Positions 56,452-64,000 of a stretch of 64,000 bases of DNA are shown here, piece by piece. Source of the stretch: Hyaloraphidium curvatum SAG 235-1 (Eukaryota; Fungi; Monoblepharomycota); assembly GCA_025558095.1 (NCBI GenBank), contig JAIVFI010000013.1:558001-622000 (forward strand), in the 5' to 3' direction. Made by a program: the position numbers and the translations under genes. The notes under the pieces are model-generated. The model worked only from the letters and a program-made list of their open reading frames with translations. It had not been told where the DNA came from and made no database searches. How positions within the stretch are numbered: position 1 is the stretch's first letter; each line of letters opens with the position of its first letter.

Positions 56452-58290
56452 ATGGTCGGCCGCACGCAGCTCGCGGCGCTGCTCCTCGCCGTCGCCCTGA
56501 CGGCCGTCGCGGCGCTGCTCACCGCGGGACCGTGGGCGCGCGCCCGTTTGGCGGACGAGGGCGCGCCGCGGCCGTTCAAGGGCTGGGGCGGGACGCGCGT
56601 CCCCGCGCAGAAGGGGGCGTCGGAGGGGGCGGAGGGCGAGGAAGCGGGGGAGGGAGGGCCGCCGGGGCGCGTCGGGGCGGGAAAGGACCCGCCGGGTGGG
56701 GGGGCCGAAACGCCCCTCCCTGGCAATATTCCTGGCATTGGGGAGCCATTCCCAGCCTCGGACTTCTTGCTGCAGCAGGCCGCGGCCTTCCGCACCCGCC
56801 AGGCCGCCGCCGAGAAGGACCTCCGGACCGTCCTCCTCGCCCTGCGCTCGCGCACCCCTCCCCCCGAACCCGCCCTCTCCGCGGCCCTCGCCCGCAGCTA
56901 CCTGCACATCAAGTGCATGTGCTACACTGGCCTTGGCAACCGCATCCCCGGGATCGTCGCGGGGTTCGGGCTGGCCCTCGTCGCGGGGAGGGTGGCGGTG
57001 CTGGATTACCCCCTTGGGGGGTGCCAGGGGGCCGGGAGGTGGTGGGAGCACGATGCGATCGAGTGGGAGTGGCCGAGAAGGGGCAATTGCTCCGCGAATG
57101 AGGAGGGGGCGGGGGTGGAGGAGCTGGATCCGGCGGCGGCGGCGGCGGACGGGCCGTTCGAACCCGACGCGGAGGGGGAGCCGCCGGTCCCCGAGACGCT
57201 GGGCCAGCTGGTCCTCCTCATCACCTCGGGCAGGCTGCCACCCCTGCTCCGGAAACTGTTCCCCGCGGAGCACCCCAACCTCCCAGCTGCGGACCCGCCG
57301 CCGCGGCGCCCGCGCTCGTGCCCCCCCGTCCCGCGCAACATGGACTCGTGGATCTTCCACGACGACAACCACCTCCCGTCGCACGCGCTCCCGCTGCTCA
57401 GGAGCAACCTCACGCTGTGCCATCCCGAAAGGCTGTGGCGCCTCTACACGGGGGACTACCTCCTCCCTTTGCTGGACGCCAACCCGCACTACGCGCCGTG
57501 GTTCCGCAGCGCGTTTCCCCGCGGGGACGCGTTCTTCCAGCTCGCGAGGCAGTTCTGGCGGCCCGCGACGAGGCTGAGGGAGGAAGCGGGGCGGTTCGCA
57601 AAGGAGGAGTTTGGCCTGCGCACGGTCGGGATGCACGTAAGGACGCTCAAGAACAGGGAGACGGCGCCGCGGATGGAGGTGTTCTTGGACGCGGCACTGA
57701 CGGTCGCGAGGCAGATGGGCGTGCTGCCCGCGGACCTGCTCCCTTCCGCGCACTCGGACGCCCCGAAGGCAAGCAAACCCGCGCGAGCCGCCGCCCGCCC
57801 CGAGTTGCGCCTCTTCCTCGCCACCGACACCCCCAACGCCACCATCCCCGCGCATCTCCTCCCCTATGTCGTCACCCACACCCCCCCCTCCTCCCTCGCC
57901 GTCCTCAACCCGCAGGACAACCCCTCCACGGACGACGAAGCCATGTCGGACCTCCTCCTCCTCGGCCTCTCGGACGCCGTCGTGACCACCTTCGGCTCCT
58001 CCTTCGGCAACGTCGCCGCCTCGCTCGCCGGCCTCGTCCCATACGTGGCCATGCACGCCGGCACGGGCGGCCTGCTGACCGTCTCGCGGGCGTGGACCGC
58101 CGAGCCGTGCGTGTTCCATTCCTCCGCCTTCCTGGGCTGGGCGCGCGACGGGGAGCCGGGGATCGAGTATCCGCCGTGGTGGAACGGGACGGAGGGGGAG
58201 AGGAGGAAGGAAGAGGGGTGGGCGAGGGAGGTGGGGAGGAGGTGGGGGGGTTACTATGCCCACAGGGCGGTGGGGGAGTGCCATTGGTGA
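56452..58290 (+). CDS. Fucosyltransferase, GT37 (plant xyloglucan FUT)-like
   Basis: N-terminal TM segment; GLGNRI, VGMHVR, LFLATD, AMSDLLLLGLSDAVVTTFGSSFGNVAASLAG and EPC.FH. Confidence 0.78.
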   Translation: MVGRTQLAALLLAVALTAVAALLTAGPWARARLADEGAPRPFKGWGGTRVPAQKGASEGAEGEEAGEGGPPGRVGAGKDPPGGGAETPLPGNIPGIGEPFPASDFLLQQAAAFRTRQAAAEKDLRTVLLALRSRTPPPEPALSAALARSYLHIKCMCYTGLGNRIPGIVAGFGLALVAGRVAVLDYPLGGCQGAGRWWEHDAIEWEWPRRGNCSANEEGAGVEELDPAAAAADGPFEPDAEGEPPVPETLGQLVLLITSGRLPPLLRKLFPAEHPNLPAADPPPRRPRSCPPVPRNMDSWIFHDDNHLPSHALPLLRSNLTLCHPERLWRLYTGDYLLPLLDANPHYAPWFRSAFPRGDAFFQLARQFWRPATRLREEAGRFAKEEFGLRTVGMHVRTLKNRETAPRMEVFLDAALTVARQMGVLPADLLPSAHSDAPKASKPARAAARPELRLFLATDTPNATIPAHLLPYVVTHTPPSSLAVLNPQDNPSTDDEAMSDLLLLGLSDAVVTTFGSSFGNVAASLAGLVPYVAMHAGTGGLLTVSRAWTAEPCVFHSSAFLGWARDGEPGIEYPPWWNGTEGERRKEEGWAREVGRRWGGYYAHRAVGECHW

Positions 58291-58468
58291 CCGGCGGGGA
58301 CGGGTCCGTGGCACGCAGGGTTGACCTTTGGGCGATTGGAGCGCCTTGCATCGGAGGGGATCCTCCTTTCCCGCTTTCGCATTTTGGGGTTCAAGGAGGC
58401 GGGGTCGGGACCTTGCGGGAGCGTACCACCTGTAAAGACCTCTACGTCCCGACGTCTGCGTCGCCCGG

Positions 58469-59147
58469 ATGCGCTGCACGCGCCCCATCGCTGCCGCGAG
58501 GAGCCTGGCGCTGTGCATTGTGACTGCCGCCGCGGTCTCGGAGATCGCGGGGGCGGCGCCGCCGGCGGGCTCTTCCGGCCGCGCGACCGCGGGCCCGCCG
58601 AGCCGTCGTGTTCCTCGCGGGAACGCTCGATGCGTGCTCGGCGGGCACTTTGTTGCAACTGGCGGCCACTGCCGGCCCGGCGCACCCCGTGCTCGCGCTG
58701 ATCGGCGCCGTCAACGTGTCGCAGACTCTTTTCTCGTGGCTGCGTTCTCGCGGCGTCGAGTTCGTGTGTGCTGGCGGGCGACTTGCCCTGCCTCGACCCC
58801 GCCGGGGGCGCAACCTGACGCAGTTCCACCATGCCGTGTCCCGCTTCTCGCGGCGGCTGGCGACCAACATCCTCGCCGCCGTCGAGGCCGGCGCCGTGGG
58901 GCACCACGAGGCGCTTGCCGGCGCCGTGTGCGACCGCGACGCCGGGTGCTCCTTCGCGCCGCACGACCCGGGGAGGATCGGGGCGTACAGCTCCGGGCAC
59001 TGGGGCCCGTTCCTGGAGCTTATGTCGCTGGAGGGGCTCGCGAAGCTCGGGAACGCGACGGTCGGGCCGGGGAAGCTGTACCACCCCGTCAAGTGCGAAG
59101 GCGAACAGGGATTGGCGGTGCTGGCGGCGAGCTACGCCGTTCCGTGA
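58469..59147 (+). pseudogene. Internally deleted, frameshifted paralog of the 48507-49418 gene
   Basis: Near-identical AGTLD.CSAGTLLQLAATAGPAHPVLAL and GRNLTQF..LYHPVKCE. About 85 central codons including WLVEHD are missing; frameshift at ~58605. Confidence 0.8.
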
Positions 59148-59547
59148 CGGTTTGGCGGGCCCGATGCGCCGATATGGACGGCATCCTACTTGCTAGTTTC
59201 CGGTTTGTAGCACCGGCTGTAAAGTCCCGGCGTCCGCTCCACATCGCCGCATACATCGCATTTCCCGGCTTTCTCCGATTGGGGAACTGCAATCCACGTC
59301 TGTTGATGAAGCGGACCCAAACGTCGTCCAGCTTCGGTTTGTTGCGCGGTGCGCGGAGGAGGCTGTCGCATCCGTTACTCCACCGGTCCGCTGACCGGGC
59401 GAACAACCCAAAGACCGCGGCCAACAGCACATCGCGGTCCAGTCTCCGAGGAATATCGTCTCTTTTCTCGCCTTGACGTCTTGTTGCGTCGCCGCGTGGG
59501 CCGTTACCACCCCGCGATCCGTTGTCCCCGACGCGTCCTCCGCTGCG

Positions 59548-60054
59548 ATGGATCGGACTTCCCCCCTGCGCGCGTTCCGCACCGTGCGCCTGCCGGTGCA
59601 CGCGCCGCTCCTCGTCTCCGATGCGGCGCCGGGCTCGTGGCGGGGTGATGTGCCCGCGCTCGTGCGCCGGGGGGTCGTGTGCTACGCGGGCATCTCGGGC
59701 CGACCGCCCCAAGAAGGCGGCGCGGCCGGCGGACCCACCGTTCCTTGCTTTGATGAATGGAAAGCCGAGGTAGTCAGGACGTGGAGGGAGGAATCGTGGG
59801 CGTTCGAGTGGGGAGAGCAGGAGGACGAAGGCGGCCCCGAGTTCGCCGAGTTCCGCGTCGGGAACCCGGACGAGGCATCAGAGGCCGCAAAGTCGCTTGC
59901 GGAGCGGCTGTTGGCCAGGAGAGGGGTCCTGCTGTACCCCGTTTCGGATGCCGAGGGAACGGTCGCGGCGGTGCAGGAGGTTGCCGGGGCTGTTCCTGGA
60001 CTCGTGGCCGAGATGGGCAAGGCCAAAGCCGATGCCAAAGCTGCTCGGCTGTGA
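59548..60054 (+). CDS. Hypothetical protein
   Basis: 168-aa ORF from ATG 59548 with protein-like composition; no recognised motif. Confidence 0.45.
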   Translation: MDRTSPLRAFRTVRLPVHAPLLVSDAAPGSWRGDVPALVRRGVVCYAGISGRPPQEGGAAGGPTVPCFDEWKAEVVRTWREESWAFEWGEQEDEGGPEFAEFRVGNPDEASEAAKSLAERLLARRGVLLYPVSDAEGTVAAVQEVAGAVPGLVAEMGKAKADAKAARL

Positions 60055-60387
60055 AACCGCATTGAATTCGCGACTTGAACCACCCTCCCTGGCCCCGCTG
60101 GCTGCGGGCGGCGATCGGCCGGTTGGCTGTGCAGGGCTGGTGCACATGCCGATGCAACGTGGATCGCAGCATCCCCCAAGCCCAAACGCAAACCGGCCGA
60201 ATTCCCGGCGGCTGGGCATTTCCTTCCCCGGTGCCGAATTCTCCGGACGTCTCCCAGCCTAGATTCACGAGGCCTCGCCTTCCAGGCCCCCCGCGAGCTC
60301 CACGTCGCCCCCCTCGCGCGCTGAAGCGGCCTCGCCGAAAGCGCCATGACGCCCGTCCCGACCTCCCTCTCCCTCCCCTCGCCTGCC

Positions 60388-62358
60388 ATGGAGCAACTCA
60401 ACCCCACAAGTGGCGAGGAACTGCTCGTCCAGCTCAAGCTCGGCGCGCTCCTGGGCCGCCGCGACGAACACGGCGGGCGGTGCTTCCACGGAGTGCCCTA
60501 CGGGCGCGCGGGACGCTGGGAGCTCCCCGTCGAGGCTCAGCCCTGGGACGGCGTGAGGGATGCCACGGAAATGGGGTGCGATCTCTCGCAATTCCCCTGC
60601 CATTTGAACTGAACGCGGTTGCTCGCAGGCCAATATGCCCGCAGCTCCCTTCGGCCTACATGGAACCCCTCGAGGCCAAGATCCGCGCTCTCGGCAGGCT
60701 GGACCGCGAGGACGATCCCGTCGAATCCAGGCGGCCGTCACGCGAGGTTCAGGACGAGGAGCGGTGCCTCAACCTCAACGTCATGACGCCCGGCCAAGGA
60801 GCCGTCGAGCAGGGCAAGCGCAAGGGCGGGCTGCCTGTGGTGGTGAGTTCGACGTCGCTCGTACCTCACTTGGGATTATTTGCTGATCGCGTTGCTTTAA
60901 GTTCTGGATCCACGGCGGCAGCTTTCGCCAGGGGCACGCGAACCATCCGACATACACCCGTTCGCCCCTTGCCGTTCGCGAGAACCTGATCCTTGTCGCC
61001 GCCAACTACCGCACGTCTATCTTTGGCTTCCCGTCGTCCGCCGACCTCAAGATTCCCGGCAACCACGGCCTCCACGACCTGCGCCTCGCCCTGCGGTTCG
61101 TCGCCGAGAACATCGACCGGTTCGGCGGTGATCCCTCCAACATCACCCTCCTCGGCGAGTCCGCCGGCGCCATTCTCGCCTCCTACATCCTCCTCGACCC
61201 CCCGGTGCCCGTCGCCGGCGCCGTCCTGATCTCGGGCTCCGCAACCTCCGTGGTCCCCAAGGCTCCCGGCACCCTCGGCGACTCCTCCCTCTTCTCCCGC
61301 CTCGCCGCATCCTGCCTCGCCGACGCCAAAGCCGACCTCCCCCTCCCCCCCGCCCCGGGCCTCGAATCCCCCGTGCTGGGCCCGCAGAGGATCGACACCT
61401 TCGAATCCGCCGACGACGCCGCGACGCTCTACGTGCCCTCGCCGCCGCTGGCGGCCTCGCGGCCGGATCCGGTGGCGGCGATGCGGGCGATGCCGGCACG
61501 GGAGCTCTTGAAGCACCTAGAGCGGGTCGAAGCGGAGGGGGATGCGGCGTTCGCGCCGTGCTTCGACGGCGCGCTGATCGCGCCGACCGAGGCCAGCCAT
61601 CCGTTCTTGCGCATGGAGGACGGGTTCGAGGGCGTTAAGAGGGTTGCGATGGTCGTCTGCGGCGACGAGGGAACCATGTTCGGTGGGCACCCGCTCGATC
61701 GCTGCTCTGCGGATGAGGAGCGACCCGTCGTACCTGCCAGTTCCCCAGGTCCCTCTTTCCAACCCCCACGTGCTCGACGCAGCCCTCGGCGCCCTTCTTC
61801 CTCTACCCGCGCTGCGGGACCACGCCAAAGCCATGTACGGTCTCAACGACGTCCTCTCCGAAACCGAGGCGCGCGAGAAAGCCGCACAGCTGATCGGCGA
61901 CATGGGTGAGTAAGACCGGGGCCTGAACCAAATGACCGTGACTGACGACATTTGTTGTAGCATTCTATGCCCCGACGCTGCACGCCCTGCGCTCCCTCGC
62001 CCAGCAGCCCTCCCCGCCCACCCTCCACGGCATGCTGCACCTGCGCCCGCTCTCCTGCTCCCCCTTCCCCGAATGGGGCGCGCACCACTCGTCCCCCCTG
62101 CCCTTCATCTTCGCCGCCGACGCCGTGCTCGACGCCTCGGAGAGGCGCATGGCCGCGGCCGTCGGGAGGTGGCTCGGGCGGTTCGCGCGGGGCGAGCGGG
62201 TCCCCGCGACGCACGAGGGTTGGACGGTGGCGGACGACGGCACGGATGCGGTGCCGGAAGATGCGGTCTGGGGCGCGGGGAGGCGGGAGAGGTGCGGGTT
62301 CTGGATCGGGGTCGCGGCGGGGGTGGCGAGGATGCAGGTGCGGGCCGCCAGCGGCTAG
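60388..62358 (+). CDS. Type-B carboxylesterase (multi-exon)
   Basis: FHGVPYG, PWDGVRDATE, ERCLNLNV, WIHGGSF, NYRTSIFGF, GNHGLHD, FGGDPSNITLLGESAG (nucleophile) and WGAHH. Confidence 0.88.
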
Positions 62359-62578
62359 GCCGGCTTCCGCACGCGAAATTGGAGGTCGGAAGAGCGTGAG
62401 AGATACAGACGTGACTGCCATCTTTAGAATAATGACTTTGTGTAACCGCGAGAGAAGGTCCATTTAAAACAGAGAGGTACACAAACCACTTCCAATTGTC
62501 AGCATTGCTCCCCAGACGCAAGCAGTCAGCGCACTTCCAACATTCAACAAGCTCCTGAAGACGCAAGCAGCCAGGCGG

Positions 62579-63534
62579 CTACGAATCCGAATTCCCATTG
62601 TACCCCTGCAGCAACCTCAGCACCGCATTGTCCGCATCCGCCCCCGCATACGAGTCCTCCCCGATCCAGTACCGCAAATCCGTCCAGTCCGCGCCCTGGG
62701 CGTCGGCCAGCACCGGTCCGAACCCGCGGCCGTCGAACGCGGGCGGCGGTGCGAGCGTCGCAGCGGGCAGGGCTAGGCTGCCGCCCTGCAGCGGAGAAGG
62801 GTACCCCACGGGGCCGGCCGGAATCTCCGGCTCCGCGGACCAAGACTCCTGCCCGTGTCCGTGGGCGCATCCCCCGTCCCCCCGCTGGCTCCAGACGGCG
62901 GCATCCGCCCCGACGCGCGCCCTGCCGACCTCGGCCTCGCGCTCGCGCTGCCATTCCAGGAGCCCCTCTATCGTGCTCCGCGCGCGCTGGATGATGGCGA
63001 TCTTGGTGTTGGGCGCGCCGGGGGCCGCCGGGGGCAGCACGGCCTCGAGCAGCTCGATCTCCGCCTTAAGGGCGTCCCGCTTGAGCTTCTCTGCGTCCTG
63101 CCGGGTGCGGGTGAGCGGCGGTGCGCGCCGGGAGCTGCGCGGGGGAATCCCCCGGGTTAACGGACCTTTTTCTGGATGCGCGGGCCCGGCTTGGGCGGGC
63201 GGCCGGGCCGCGCCCTGGGCGGCGCCCGTGCCTGAACCGGCGCTTTGGGGTCCGGATAAAGGGGCGTGTCCGGGCCCGGGCGGTGCGGTCCCGGGCCGGG
63301 CTGCACATCCGGCGGGGCGCGGCCGGGCGCGCCGGCGGCGAGATGGGCGTAGTCATCCGGCAGCACGGGCAGCGCCGGGCCAGCACCGCCCCTCGCCAGC
63401 ACGCGCGAGAAGGCGCGCGCGACGGCGGCGGGGCCCGAGGCGGGGCCGGCCTGCAGCGCGGCGTCGTCCGCGTCGCCGAACAGTTCCCGCAGCCACGCGC
63501 GCCGCGGCGACGGCGTCCGCGGCGGCCCGTCCAT
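62579..63534 (-). CDS. bHLH-like transcription factor (spliced)
   Basis: PRIQKK | GT..CAG intron ~63099-63165 | DAEKLKRDALKAEIELLEAVLP..TKIAIIQRARSTIEGL matches the HLH pattern. Confidence 0.6.
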
Positions 63535-64000
63535 CGAGGTGGGCCTGAATGTGTCTAGCGCGGCGTGGCTGGAAACACCGACAGGGGAAAGCTCCTAGTG
63601 ACGTGACTCGAAAAAAACCCCGACTCCAGATGATTCGAGGCGGGAATGCAAAGAACGGTTGCATCGCAGACGGGGCGATGAGCCGGATGATCTGCTCGGA
63701 GGATTCGTTCGGCGCGTTGGAATTCTTCCAGCCAGAGATCGCCGTGCAGCAATCAAAAGGTTTCACCACCTTGCATGTGGCGACATGGGTGTTCTCCCGC
63801 AGCACAGGCGACTCGTCGCAATCGTGGGCCTCGCATGCAGGTCGGTGCTGGTGACGGCGACCTGACACCCTTCATGGCATTTCCGGCGGAGACCAAATCG
63901 GAGATCAACAATGCGGTACCGGCGCGGCCGGGCCGATTCCGAGGGCCTGCGCCGGGGCGCTCCTCGGCCCCGGGTCCGCGGTCGCATGTCCCGTGGCGTC

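Noticed and set aside
1-64000. Transposons, tRNA or rRNA genes
   Set aside because: No transposase, reverse transcriptase or integrase motifs, terminal repeats or RNA-gene signatures were recognised by eye; small elements could be missed.

Overview
GC-rich eukaryotic DNA with dense genes and short (about 50-80 nt) GT-AG introns with CTAAC/CTGAC branch points. Gene content (FCY1, BMT6, dephospho-CoA kinase, Cas1p, YhhN, many ankyrin/MYND/F-box genes) points to an early-diverging fungus, possibly Monoblepharidomycota-like (inference). Many supplied ORFs are shadows or single exons. The main result comes from splicing by hand at 4.9-15.3 kb on the minus strand, which gives two tandem paralogous multidomain genes. 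They share a core of TKL-type kinase, bacterial-type caspase (C14, intact His/Cys dyad) and an unrecognised ~130-aa domain X, and have different C-termini. Copy 1 ends in RNI-type LRRs plus a segment resembling the N-terminal domain of the fungal CAF-1 large subunit. Copy 2 runs into a Pro-rich linker and probably a second kinase. This looks like an undescribed family of single-chain kinase-caspase immune or cell-death receptors with swappable sensor/decoy modules. Also notable: a MUS81-like nuclease with an apparently fused EME1-like domain, a non-conjugatable ubiquitin variant, several intronless bacterial-like genes (class 1 FBPase, epimerase remnant, membrane protein), a glycan-modification neighbourhood (Cas1p, GT14, GT37, DUF3405-like) with mosaic duplications, and many decaying genes. 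No database searches were run; family calls come from motif recognition.
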